NCBI GenBank assembly: GCA_964538085.1
Contig: CAZIDF010000001.1
Coordinates: forward strand, 96,826 to 160,825
Reading direction: 5' to 3'
DNA length: 64,000 nt
DNA from: an uncultured Eubacteriales bacterium
GTDB taxonomy: Bacteria > Acidobacteriota > Aminicenantia > Aminicenantales > Aminicenantaceae
The position numbers and the translations under genes are program-made. The notes beneath the pieces are model-generated. The model did no database searches. It had not been told where the DNA came from and was given only the letters and a program-made list of their open reading frames with translations. Below, one piece after another: positions 41,688 to 51,773 of the stretch (positions are counted from its first letter, which is position 1; each line of letters starts with the position of its first letter).

Positions 41688-42926
41688 TCAATCCCAGATC
41701 TTCAATAGGTAGGGTTTCAAGGTCTCGAAAGTCTGGGCTTGCTCCTCGATGATTATCTCAGCATCCTGGGTCGTCATGTCCTTGGTCCGATTGATGAATG
41801 ATGCGACACGGGCATAATATAACGGGCGCATGATGTCCACAAGATTTTTTCTGTCTTTTTTCCATCGGTGGAATGTCACAGCAAAATCGTAGACGATTTT
41901 CGTCCAATCTTCGGTGGGCATGAGAAAATTTTCGATTTTTCTCTTTTTCGTCAATCCCTTGAGAATGACGAAGCTTTGGGGATTGATGATCTTTTCCCAG
42001 AGAACGGAGAGGTTTTTAAATCCTTCGTTAAAGTTTTCTATCATTCCCGGTAAATCAACAGAGAATGCTTCGGGCTCTTTCTGGATGGACTCGCCATACG
42101 TCGGGATCAGTTCGCTCGTCGTTACTCCCTTCCACTTCTCTGAATTACTTTCCATCAACTCGAAAATGGGATAAACCACCTGCCTGAACATCGGCCCCAA
42201 GTTTTCTAAAGGATCTTTGACATCGTGAATTTTTGTGCCCAGGTATGCCTGGCATATGGATTTGTCCGAAACGATCGCCGAAGTCGTCATCCAGATGTCT
42301 ATGCCAAACCTAGCGATATCGGTCATCCAGATTTCAGGCCCACAGGAATAATAAAAATCGACCATCTTTTCAGAAAGGCCGAAATCGCCCCCTATAGGCT
42401 GACGGACTCTTTTGCCATAAAGAGCCCGTGTCATGTTATAGGCGATATTGTTGGTAATGGTAGCGTCGTATTTGTAACGGGAATAAACGGGCGCGACAAA
42501 ATCATGGCCATGGGATAACACAGGATCAGCAAGGGCTTTCACCCATTCCGGTGTGATGCTGCGGAGGTCTGCGTCGAACAACAAACAGACTTTGGCTTTT
42601 AAAAATGAGGCGGCTTCAAAAATCATCCGCAAAGCACTTCCTTTGCCGGGAATCCCCCTATAGATGGTGACGATTTTTTCGACATAGGGATGAACCACTT
42701 TCTCCTTAGCTGCCTCTCTTGTATCGTCCGTGGATCCCCCATCTGAGATGATGATGACAGTCCGTAAATCCTTGTAATGCCGGGAGATCCCCTCGCTCAC
42801 GGTATCGACAACATATTCGATGGTGGAATCATTGTTGAAGCAGGGAATTCCCACCACCAAGTCCGCTCGATCCATCTTTTCGAAACGCCTGTTGGCCCAA
42901 GGTCTCATCGCTGTGTGGAATTTCAT
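41688..42926 (-). CDS. GT-A fold glycosyltransferase, GT78-like (mannosylglycerate/glucosylglycerate synthase-like), paralog B
   Basis: VVGIPCFNN and FDADLRSITPEWV (DxD) motifs. RQPIGGDFGLSEK and FGIDIWMTT blocks. Immediately upstream of glgA. Start set at MKFHTAM (42926). Confidence 0.5.
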   Translation of the reverse strand: MKFHTAMRPWANRRFEKMDRADLVVGIPCFNNDSTIEYVVDTVSEGISRHYKDLRTVIIISDGGSTDDTREAAKEKVVHPYVEKIVTIYRGIPGKGSALRMIFEAASFLKAKVCLLFDADLRSITPEWVKALADPVLSHGHDFVAPVYSRYKYDATITNNIAYNMTRALYGKRVRQPIGGDFGLSEKMVDFYYSCGPEIWMTDIARFGIDIWMTTSAIVSDKSICQAYLGTKIHDVKDPLENLGPMFRQVVYPIFELMESNSEKWKGVTTSELIPTYGESIQKEPEAFSVDLPGMIENFNEGFKNLSVLWEKIINPQSFVILKGLTKKRKIENFLMPTEDWTKIVYDFAVTFHRWKKDRKNLVDIMRPLYYARVASFINRTKDMTTQDAEIIIEEQAQTFETLKPYLLKIWD

Positions 42927-43060
42927 TCTGCCTATTGTAATACGAATCGACTGCTGTTGACAGGAATATTTGTATTGAGTCGATATTTGCTTTATTGCAA
43001 TAAGCAGGGTATATCTGATAAAAATCATCCGGGCACAACGCTCTGGAAGGAGGAAAAAAC

Positions 43061-43672
43061 ATGGTTCTCCAAAAAATATTCAAAGCTTTGAGAAAATATT
43101 TTGTCACCGGGATGATCGTCATCATTCCCATTTGGGTGACGATTTTGCTATTGAGAGCTATAGTCAATCTTATCCAGGATGCTTTCGCGGTTCTTCCGCC
43201 TGCGGTTCATCCCCGAACCTATATCTCGTTTTTCGGAATAGAACTTCTCATCGGCCTTGTTATGATTCTTATGGTCGGATTGCTCGCCAGGAATTTTTTC
43301 GGGAAAAAATTCATCAAACTGGGAGAGTTGATCTTAGCAAAAATCCCGATCATCAAAACCATCTATCAGGGAGTTAAACATCTCACGATCGGTGTTCTGG
43401 GAGAGAAAAGGATGTTCTCCAAAGTCGTTCTCCTGGAATTTCCGATCAAAGGCTTATCCTTCATAGGATTCGTCACAGGGGAGGATACCCAGCTCATCCA
43501 CAACCGGGAGGGTAAAAAAATGCTGAATGTCTTTATCCCCACCACTCCCAATCCCACATCGGGATTTTTCTGTGTCGCAGCAGAAGAGGAAGTGACATAT
43601 TTGGATATAAGCGTGGATGAAGCATTCAAGCTGATTATCTCAGCCGGATACTCTAACCTTCAGCCAGGATAA
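43061..43672 (+). CDS. DUF502 family membrane protein
   Basis: Two N-terminal TM helices. Conserved IPTTPNPTSGF motif of DUF502. Confidence 0.7.
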   Translation: MVLQKIFKALRKYFVTGMIVIIPIWVTILLLRAIVNLIQDAFAVLPPAVHPRTYISFFGIELLIGLVMILMVGLLARNFFGKKFIKLGELILAKIPIIKTIYQGVKHLTIGVLGEKRMFSKVVLLEFPIKGLSFIGFVTGEDTQLIHNREGKKMLNVFIPTTPNPTSGFFCVAAEEEVTYLDISVDEAFKLIISAGYSNLQPG

Positions 43673-46005
43673 TAGGGATTGTCTTCGAGTCGGAACATGT
43701 AATCCGGATCTATAGAGGGTTCATCTCCCCGATGTTTGGTCATCAAAGATACCTTATTCGCGAGTAAATCGACAAAGTTATCCGCATAGATGAAAGGAGT
43801 TTCCTCGGTGCCAGAAACTATCATCCATTCTACTGGGGCATTCTTCCACAGATCGATCAGATCGCCGCAATTCTGGATCTCCCTTTCGATCATCTTATCC
43901 AAAAGTTTCCGGCAAGCGCTTCTGACTTCAGGATTTTTGGAATCCTGGTGCTCATGGACCGCGAATATCCAAACAGCGGTGTTTCTCAGGGTTGTGTACA
44001 GACACTTAAGCGCACGTGATCGGCAATACTGATCTTCGAAGACCGATTGAGCTTTTCGATCTCCTTTTTTTGCAGCCTGATCCCTCTTCTTTTCGAAATG
44101 ACTTATTGCCGATTCCAAAGGATGCCAGACATTCTCGTCTATTCGTGAAAAAGCCATAAACGCATAGTCCTTGGTGACAAGTTCGAAGAGCACATCCTTG
44201 GCCAAATCGACCCTGTTGGGATTATGGATGGAAGTGCACATATGCGACTCGTAATATGCTCTTTCTTTTTCGGGGATCCTGTCGATATCCGGAACAAGCG
44301 GCCGTACAAAAAGCCTCTGCCAGACGACTCCGTAATGGGAATAGATGGAGAGTGGAAGGAACGACCGAATAGCCTGTTCCATAAGGCGCCAGCCCTTAAC
44401 CAAATCCTCTGCGTGTTGCCGACCCGCAAACTTTATGGCAATTTTCTTCACAGCTTCTTCGATGTCCATCGAGGGATTCAATTGAAAGAGCCGGAAAATT
44501 TCTTGATTCACCGCATAAGGCACTTTATCGGGTGGATGGATGCCTCCGACATGGGCCAGATTCCTAATGCCCTGTTTCACAAAAGCATGTAATTTTTCGT
44601 GGGCAAGCCACGGAAAAGGAATTCCCAAAAGAGGCTCATGGTTGGTGTGAGATCCGAATGAATGATAGAAATAGGCGCGACAATTCCGGGAATCCAGTTC
44701 TCCCTTCACATCCCCCTCTTTATCTTCCAGAGTATTGTGATAAGCCGATCCCAGAACTTTGACATCCGGGTATTGGGGATGGGGATAATTGGATTCCCAT
44801 CCTTGAGTCAACAATGAATTTACCTCCACGTCCAATCGCTCTTTGAGTTGAGGCCAAAGATAGTCCCTCTCGCCATAAAAGGACTCCAACCGTGTGATGA
44901 TGCGGAATCCTGGATTGATCCGGGATCCGGCATTCCGCAAAAGGGTAAAAAAGCGGACGATATTCGCCGCAGCCTCTTTGGCGATCGCCCCATCGTCCTT
45001 CCATTCCCGTATCAGGTAAGCCCCGCCATTGCGCCCCACGTAAAGAGACTTGGTGTGTTCGAAGCCGGCCCCGCTGTCATTGCTCCATATCGTCATGTAG
45101 CCCAACTGCGGGACGTCCTTCATCAACTTGATCAAAAGCTCCTGGTAGTGCTTTAGGACAACAGGATGGGCAATCGATAGATTATACCGAGGTTTAAAAC
45201 TTCGGAACGGATGGTCCACACGCGCGCCTCTCAGTGTAGGGTATTTCTCGAACAATTTTTCAGGAACAGACCGGGGTTCGAAACAAAGCAGCCCTGGAAC
45301 AAGGCCATACTTCACAGCCAGCCGGGCATTTTCTTTCAGTTCACGCAAATTGTACTCAAGATATTCCGCCGGATATATATCTCGATTCAACCGGCTGGAA
45401 ACGAATTGGTCGAGAGCAGGGCAATAGGTGTAAAAATCCGGATAAAATTCCCCTTCGACACCCTTCTCCCATGGTTGGGGAAAGGCCAGAGCATTGACTT
45501 CGATGTGGGTGAATCCCAAACGGGCATATTCCCGGATATATTTTTCCCGGTCAAAATCCCTAATCAGACGGGCATACTGGGTGAGAAAAAGATCGAAGGT
45601 CGACTTTTCGACTGAAAAGGCCATTTCTTTCATCCAGGGCAATCCTTCGGAAATGTTCTCATCCAGCAAATCTTCTATCAGGTGAGTGAATCCGGTAAAA
45701 AGAAAATAGGGTTTGGAGCTCAAAAGCCAGAGACATTGATTGACATCGCTGTTCAGAGACACCCAGTCATCTTGCGTAGAAAAGACCAGTTTTTTATGAT
45801 CCAATCGATCCGGAAAACCCTTAGGGATGACGGCAATATACAGGGCTCCTTCTTCCGAGATAAATCCAGAATCCCCAACCTTGCTCACATCGGCCCGGCT
45901 ATCGCAAAAACCGAGAAGCTCGTTCGCGATAGTTTCCTCCACAGGATAGCCCTTCTGAGGAATCCTTACCTGTCTGACCTGTTGCAAAGCCTCTTTGATC
46001 TTCAT
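43660..46005 (-). CDS. large conserved hypothetical protein (781 aa), putative carbohydrate-active enzyme
   Basis: No recognisable family from sequence. Last gene of a minus-strand sugar operon that begins with the GH38 alpha-mannosidase gene. Confidence 0.45.
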   Translation of the reverse strand: MKIKEALQQVRQVRIPQKGYPVEETIANELLGFCDSRADVSKVGDSGFISEEGALYIAVIPKGFPDRLDHKKLVFSTQDDWVSLNSDVNQCLWLLSSKPYFLFTGFTHLIEDLLDENISEGLPWMKEMAFSVEKSTFDLFLTQYARLIRDFDREKYIREYARLGFTHIEVNALAFPQPWEKGVEGEFYPDFYTYCPALDQFVSSRLNRDIYPAEYLEYNLRELKENARLAVKYGLVPGLLCFEPRSVPEKLFEKYPTLRGARVDHPFRSFKPRYNLSIAHPVVLKHYQELLIKLMKDVPQLGYMTIWSNDSGAGFEHTKSLYVGRNGGAYLIREWKDDGAIAKEAAANIVRFFTLLRNAGSRINPGFRIITRLESFYGERDYLWPQLKERLDVEVNSLLTQGWESNYPHPQYPDVKVLGSAYHNTLEDKEGDVKGELDSRNCRAYFYHSFGSHTNHEPLLGIPFPWLAHEKLHAFVKQGIRNLAHVGGIHPPDKVPYAVNQEIFRLFQLNPSMDIEEAVKKIAIKFAGRQHAEDLVKGWRLMEQAIRSFLPLSIYSHYGVVWQRLFVRPLVPDIDRIPEKERAYYESHMCTSIHNPNRVDLAKDVLFELVTKDYAFMAFSRIDENVWHPLESAISHFEKKRDQAAKKGDRKAQSVFEDQYCRSRALKCLYTTLRNTAVWIFAVHEHQDSKNPEVRSACRKLLDKMIEREIQNCGDLIDLWKNAPVEWMIVSGTEETPFIYADNFVDLLANKVSLMTKHRGDEPSIDPDYMFRLEDNPYYPG

Positions 46006-46021
46006 TCCGACCTCCGTCCAG

Positions 46022-46936
46022 CTAAAACTCCATGTAGCCCAATTCGCGCAAAGCCAAGAATGCCGCCCCGAAAACGCCTGCCGAATCTCCTAATTTTGCA
46101 GGGATGATGGGGACAGATTTCCGAGGGATCCCGAACAGGCATTTCTCCATCATTGGGGGAACTCTCTCGTACCACAGCGGAATATTGGATACTCCCCCTC
46201 CGAGAATGACGGCCTCCAGATCGAATGAGTTGATCGTATTGGCAAAAAACACAGCCATGATCCGGCAGCTCTCCTCGAACAATCGATTGGCGATTGGATC
46301 TCCTTTTTCAAAAAGATCAAAGATTTGGGGAAGTTCCAAATCCTGTCCGCTCAACTCGAGAAACCTTCGGCTGTGACTGGGGCCGGAAAGATAAGCCTCA
46401 ACACATCCCTTCAGCCCACACTCACATAGCCTTCCGTTGATATCGATGGATGTGTGTCCGATCTCCCCTGCTCCCCCTTTCGAACCCCTGTACAGCTTGT
46501 TATCCAAGATCAATCCGCACCCCACGCCCGTTCCCAAAATGACGGCCATCACGTACCGGTATTTGCCAACACAACTGGCAAAAAATTCGGCCAGAGCCAG
46601 ACAATTGGCATCATTGTCCACGACCAGGGGAACGTTCAGTCGGTTTTGCAAACCCTGGATCAGTCCCGGTTCCTCATACACAGGCGTGTGAGGGGCTCCG
46701 TATAGGCGGTCTTCTGAAGGAACATATGTTCCTGGTGTTCCCATACCCACAGCAGCAATGTCCCTCCCTTCGGAAACCTTGCGGATGACATCAAGAATGT
46801 TCTGGATGACATGCTCCAGGCCCTTGGATGCCTCTGATTGTACCCGCCGCCGGGCTATCAGACTCCTGTTCCTATCCAAAAGACAGGCCTCCACTTTCGT
46901 TCCACCCAGGTCCACTCCGACGACATACTTTTTCAT
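46022..46936 (-). CDS. ROK family glucokinase
   Basis: VVGVDLGGTK ATP-binding N-terminus. ROK CxCGxxGCxE zinc motif (CECGLKGCVEAY). Start set at MKKYVVG. Confidence 0.8.
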   Translation of the reverse strand: MKKYVVGVDLGGTKVEACLLDRNRSLIARRRVQSEASKGLEHVIQNILDVIRKVSEGRDIAAVGMGTPGTYVPSEDRLYGAPHTPVYEEPGLIQGLQNRLNVPLVVDNDANCLALAEFFASCVGKYRYVMAVILGTGVGCGLILDNKLYRGSKGGAGEIGHTSIDINGRLCECGLKGCVEAYLSGPSHSRRFLELSGQDLELPQIFDLFEKGDPIANRLFEESCRIMAVFFANTINSFDLEAVILGGGVSNIPLWYERVPPMMEKCLFGIPRKSVPIIPAKLGDSAGVFGAAFLALRELGYMEF

Positions 46937-46938
46937 TT

Positions 46939-47961
46939 TCAAGCCTTCCTTCCTGTCTTGCCCAGCACATCCCAAGTCTCATACACGGTGAAAACGTTTT
47001 CGGGATCTGCCTCGAGGCCGAATTCACACTGACCGATCACCCCGCCATCTCGATACATATGGAGCCAAACTTCGTACACCGCCTGCTGGATATCCTCTCG
47101 GGATCCATGGGGCAAAAGATTTTGCCGGTCGATCTCTCCCCAGAAAGTCACTTTGCCTCCATACCTCTCCCCCAACTCCTTGACGCCCATACAAAAGATC
47201 TGGGCATTGAGCGCATCCACACCCAATTCGATCAGATCCGGCATGATATCCATGATATATCCATCCGAGTGCATAAACAGATGCTTGCCGTGATGTTTGG
47301 CGACTTCTGCATACTCCCTGTACATCGGCAGGAATATTTGACGGAATAAATCAGGTGAGGTGATCAATCCCTGCTGGCTGCCCCAATCATCCATCAAGGA
47401 AATGGCATCCACCTCGGTCGATGCCCAAACTTCCACTTCCTTGAGATAGTGCTTGTGAATCCTGTCCAGGAGTTCAAACAACTCTGGAGGTTTTTCAGCC
47501 AGATCGATAAAGGCCTTCTCCATGGTCCGGATAAACTGAAACCGTTCGAAGGGCCGGACAAAAGATCCCATCAAAACGAACTGGTCGGTCCCCCTACAAA
47601 AAGCATTGATCGCTTCCCGGTCGAGCTTGAGGGTGGCGTCGGGAGGTTCAAATTCATCCAGGTCTTTCCAGTCAGCCACCAGCGGAGTTTGGACGATCCC
47701 GATAACACCATCCATGGGATTGGAAAACCGGCAACCCCATTCGTCGATGTAGGTTCCTTTTTTGTAGCGGTCTCCCTGTGTACCTAAAGGTTTCGAATAG
47801 ATCGCAGGAGCCGGCACGACATCGTCCGGGAACACATCATGCAATCTTTTCACGAATTCCGGGTAGTTTTCCTCTGCCCAGGGCAAAATCCCTTTGTGCC
47901 GGGGGATTCTTTCGGGTTTATCAAAGGTCAGGGTTTTCTGGACTAGGCGGCGTGAATTCAT
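46939..47961 (-). CDS. uroporphyrinogen decarboxylase (URO-D)-like / MtaA-like superfamily protein
   Basis: URO-D-like TIM-barrel family resemblance. Start set at MNSRRLV, directly after the upstream Gfo gene's stop. Confidence 0.55.
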   Translation of the reverse strand: MNSRRLVQKTLTFDKPERIPRHKGILPWAEENYPEFVKRLHDVFPDDVVPAPAIYSKPLGTQGDRYKKGTYIDEWGCRFSNPMDGVIGIVQTPLVADWKDLDEFEPPDATLKLDREAINAFCRGTDQFVLMGSFVRPFERFQFIRTMEKAFIDLAEKPPELFELLDRIHKHYLKEVEVWASTEVDAISLMDDWGSQQGLITSPDLFRQIFLPMYREYAEVAKHHGKHLFMHSDGYIMDIMPDLIELGVDALNAQIFCMGVKELGERYGGKVTFWGEIDRQNLLPHGSREDIQQAVYEVWLHMYRDGGVIGQCEFGLEADPENVFTVYETWDVLGKTGRKA

Positions 47962-49199
47962 GCGAGTTTCCCTTCGGGAAAGTTGTGGTAGCCTGTGAGA
48001 TCCAGCTTTTTTCCCGGCCGTGCCCAATCCAAGTGAGCCTCGCTCGGCAAGATACCCTTTTTGTAGCAATCTTGAAGCTCTCGATGGAGATCTTTGACCC
48101 AGGCTCTGTTGCCTTCAGGATCGGATTTTATCCTGGATCCGGGAAAATCTATTATGGCAAGAGCAGATTCCTGCATGCCGTTCATGCAAAGCGTTTGGGC
48201 AACAGAGGCCTCAGGCCCGCACAGGATGTCTTTTGGCGCTCGGATGGTTTCGACGGCTTCGAACAGTTTGCGCTGGGGATGTTCGGCCTCAGGAGAACCA
48301 TAATGTTTTACACCCCCTCTGTACTCCCTGGCTATGATGTCATCGGCATTTTCGCCGTAGGTCACTGTGGCCTTCTCGAATTCCAATTCAAACAACGGCC
48401 CCAGATCATCGGATGTGGTGTGGGAAGCGTAAAATAAAATTTCAACTCCTTCACGAGTGAACGCACGGCACGCCACTGTGTCGTAATTTTCTATGGGGTA
48501 AGTCCTGTAGAGTTCGGCCGTGACTCCGGCTGGCATGGCACACCCATTCAGTTCGTCTCCAAGCAAATAAAAAAGATTGTGGAGGAAGTGGGCCATGGCA
48601 TTGTTGGCCGGGCTGTCCAACACCCACATTCCCTGCGTATCCTTGATCTTGCCTGCCCAATCATTTCTTTTGTAATAGCCCAAGTCCCGGGGCCAAAAAC
48701 ACAGGGTTTTCATCCGGATAGGTTTCCCGAACTTTCCCCCCATTATGTCTTGTTTGAGTGATTGTATCGCGCGGGAATAAGACCACTGGTATCCGATCAT
48801 CACCCATAGGCTTGTCCTCTGCATGGTTTTGATCAAAAGCTCGGCATCCTGGATGGTCGCCCCGATGGGTTTTTCGCACAGGACACAGCTCCCCTGCTCG
48901 AGGGCGATAGATGTTTGGGACACGTGATGGTGAATCGGGGAGCAAATTATCACAAGATCTGGAACTTGTGGACTTTCATAGGCAGAGGCAAGGGTGGGGA
49001 GAATCGGGATTTGACGGTCTCGCAATTCATCTTGGTAAGCGGATCGTTCCGGATAGGGCTCGACGACGGCCACAAGATCGACTTCTCCAGGGAGAAAACC
49101 TGCCAAAATAGTCTCAAGATAGGGTAATCCTATCCCGGAGATCCCGACCAGAACCACAGAAACGGATTCGATTTCTTTCTGTTGCATATCCTTGATCAT
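47958..49199 (-). CDS. Gfo/Idh/MocA family NAD(P)-dependent oxidoreductase
   Basis: Rossmann N-terminus VVLVGISGIG. EKP motif (CEKPI). Confidence 0.7.
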   Translation of the reverse strand: MIKDMQQKEIESVSVVLVGISGIGLPYLETILAGFLPGEVDLVAVVEPYPERSAYQDELRDRQIPILPTLASAYESPQVPDLVIICSPIHHHVSQTSIALEQGSCVLCEKPIGATIQDAELLIKTMQRTSLWVMIGYQWSYSRAIQSLKQDIMGGKFGKPIRMKTLCFWPRDLGYYKRNDWAGKIKDTQGMWVLDSPANNAMAHFLHNLFYLLGDELNGCAMPAGVTAELYRTYPIENYDTVACRAFTREGVEILFYASHTTSDDLGPLFELEFEKATVTYGENADDIIAREYRGGVKHYGSPEAEHPQRKLFEAVETIRAPKDILCGPEASVAQTLCMNGMQESALAIIDFPGSRIKSDPEGNRAWVKDLHRELQDCYKKGILPSEAHLDWARPGKKLDLTGYHNFPEGKLA

Positions 49200-51718
49200 T
49201 CAGCTTTAAACAGAGAACTCTGTGTTTTGAGTTTTCTCTCGACCAAATCCAGTTCGAACATCTCTTTGGTTCCCAAATCCACGGCGATGGTTTTGATCTC
49301 GAATGCGCTCAATGAAAGCCCGCATTCCAGGTTCAAAGTGGGTATAGAAATTTGGGTTTTTCTGCCTTTTCCTGTGGGTTCGAAGAGACGGAAAACCAGC
49401 CAATTTTTATCCTCGGTCATTTTCATTGCTGTGACTTGAACGGCATTATCGTTTAAAACCAGACTTGGCAGTGGAGTCTTGCCTTCTCCTGATGGAAAAC
49501 TGCAGAGGGCCATGGGTGTCTCATTTTTAGCAAGGGCTTCCCGGTCGACAAGAGTGAGGCGTTCAGTCGCTTTCCCGCCATTTATCCAGAAACGGAAAAT
49601 CCTTTCCCCCTGATCCATCCGGGGCAAGAATCGATCCTGCATGCGCAGGATCCCGAAGTCTCCCAAATCGGTTGCATAGGCCGGTGAGCGTAGGAGAGAG
49701 AGGCGGACTTCTCCACCTTTGAAATCGAATCCATAAATTCTGTCATTGATCACTGTCAGGGCATGTCGATTGTCCGAAGAAACCAAACTCACCCATTTTT
49801 GCGCCATCAGCTCATCTTCGGTCGGGTCGAATTCATGCACGCCATAGGCCACCTGCCCCCGGCAGATCCCGTTGCGAAATGCAGAGGGGATGGCAATCTT
49901 CAACATGCGGTCCTTTTCATTCCAAAAAACCCGGGTTTCCACTTCGAACTCACTCCCCTTTTTCGGGAGCTTGTAGCGATGACAGATATTGGATTGGTTG
50001 TACTGGAAAAGAGTTTCTACGACCGTCCTGACCGGGCCATCTTCGACGATCTGCACATTTTTCAATTTAGAACCGGATACACCTGCAAAACGCGCGCTCT
50101 CCTGTTCGGGCATAGCAGAAAATTTTCCTTCATAATCCCGGAAAGAACGAACTTTCATTCCCCAGGAATCAGCGTCATCCTCCATCACCAATGCTTGAAA
50201 AGCCCGCGGCCTTAAAAAATCGACCCCGTTGACCTTGTAAGACTCCATCAAACCCGTGGTCGTGCGGATGGTCCATTCCGCTTTGTCAGAACGCAAAGTA
50301 AGCAGCGATTTTTCCGCTTTGAGAGGGAGGGAAAGCGATGGTTCTTTTTTCAATCGGCAGACAAAACGGTTCATCTGTCCCGGTTTCAGATCAGCTTTAA
50401 ACACAGTACGCTTCCGCCACTCCACAGATAGGGTGCTGCTCTCCTTTTCTAGCTGAGAGGGCAACTTTTTTCCTCGATAATCCCACACATGGGGAATTAA
50501 ATGGCATTTTTCATCGAAATGCGGTTCATGAGCCTGAAGTTCACAGGTCACGATCTGTTTGATCGGGAAAGGATGAGGATTATAAACGAATATCGGAAAC
50601 TCTCCGTCTTTGGCTTTCTGTTGCCCTGAAAGAAGAGCGAAAAAGGAGCGGGCCCTCAAACGGGAAAGGATCTCCAGGCCATGATCCAGCCTCTGTTGGG
50701 CATACTTTTCCACTTCTGGGATGCCAGAGCCAGGCAGGATATCATGAAATTCACAGAAAAGAAGGTCTTTCAAGGATTCTTCGAGGTTTTCCCATGGATA
50801 GGGCATCAAATCCAATAAAGCGGCATGCGTGGCCATTTTTTCCGTAAAAAAATAAAGGTTTTCCAATTCCCTGTGTTTTTTCTTCACGACAGACATGGAT
50901 GTGTAGCAACCCACGGCCCAGGGATTTAGATCTCGGGAATAACGCGGGAGTGTGTCTTTCTCTTTATTGAGTCTGGAAAAATATTCCTCCGGAGTTCCAT
51001 GGCGGATATCCCATTTTTTTTGTTTGGCCAGCAACTTCCTTATTTTATTTAAATCCTCCCGGGACGGCCCGCCCCCGTGGTTGCCGATCCCCCAAAGAAG
51101 GATCCCCGCTTTCTTGCCTGGATTATCCGCCACCCATTTTTGAATCCTCTGGGCAGCTTTTCCTTGCGGGGAATTGTAGTGTTCTGTGGCTCGGTGGGCA
51201 ATAATCTCGGAACCATCGTACCCCACCCACACAAAATCCTCTGCAGAAAGGGATAGCCAACTCTGGTCAGGGCGGCAGAATAGATAAGATGTGTGGCCTG
51301 CTTTTTTCAGAATCTGCACCAGTCCTCGGGTGTGGCCGAAGGGATCGAAATTGACGGCTGTTTTTGGTTCCACATCGAACTTTTTTCTGAAATACTTTTT
51401 GCCGACCAATATCTGCCGGACAAAGGACTCTCCTGAGGGGATATTGCAGTCAGGTTGGACGTACCATCCTCCCAGGATATGCCACTTTTTCTTCTTCACC
51501 AGCTCCTGGATCCTGGCAAATAGTGCGGGTTCGTATTCCTCGATCCACTGGTAGAGGAGGGCTTCATTGTGGGTAAACACAAATTCCTCGAACTCTTCAC
51601 ACAGTTGAGCAGCGGTTCGGAAGGTCGCGAGCGCCTCTGCTGCTCCCTCCTCCCATTCCCAAAGCCATACCGGGTCCAAATGGGCATTGCAGATTAAATA
51701 CAACGTCCTGTCTTTCAT
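49196..51718 (-). CDS. glycoside hydrolase family 38 alpha-mannosidase (MngB-like)
   Basis: N-terminal CNAHLDPVWLW GH38 signature. 840 aa. The stop overlaps the downstream Gfo start (ATGA). Confidence 0.8.
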   Translation of the reverse strand: MKDRTLYLICNAHLDPVWLWEWEEGAAEALATFRTAAQLCEEFEEFVFTHNEALLYQWIEEYEPALFARIQELVKKKKWHILGGWYVQPDCNIPSGESFVRQILVGKKYFRKKFDVEPKTAVNFDPFGHTRGLVQILKKAGHTSYLFCRPDQSWLSLSAEDFVWVGYDGSEIIAHRATEHYNSPQGKAAQRIQKWVADNPGKKAGILLWGIGNHGGGPSREDLNKIRKLLAKQKKWDIRHGTPEEYFSRLNKEKDTLPRYSRDLNPWAVGCYTSMSVVKKKHRELENLYFFTEKMATHAALLDLMPYPWENLEESLKDLLFCEFHDILPGSGIPEVEKYAQQRLDHGLEILSRLRARSFFALLSGQQKAKDGEFPIFVYNPHPFPIKQIVTCELQAHEPHFDEKCHLIPHVWDYRGKKLPSQLEKESSTLSVEWRKRTVFKADLKPGQMNRFVCRLKKEPSLSLPLKAEKSLLTLRSDKAEWTIRTTTGLMESYKVNGVDFLRPRAFQALVMEDDADSWGMKVRSFRDYEGKFSAMPEQESARFAGVSGSKLKNVQIVEDGPVRTVVETLFQYNQSNICHRYKLPKKGSEFEVETRVFWNEKDRMLKIAIPSAFRNGICRGQVAYGVHEFDPTEDELMAQKWVSLVSSDNRHALTVINDRIYGFDFKGGEVRLSLLRSPAYATDLGDFGILRMQDRFLPRMDQGERIFRFWINGGKATERLTLVDREALAKNETPMALCSFPSGEGKTPLPSLVLNDNAVQVTAMKMTEDKNWLVFRLFEPTGKGRKTQISIPTLNLECGLSLSAFEIKTIAVDLGTKEMFELDLVERKLKTQSSLFKAE

Positions 51719-51773
51719 GGAATTCTCCTTTTATCAATGTCCCTCGAATTCAATCATGGCAAGCCAGGCGAAT

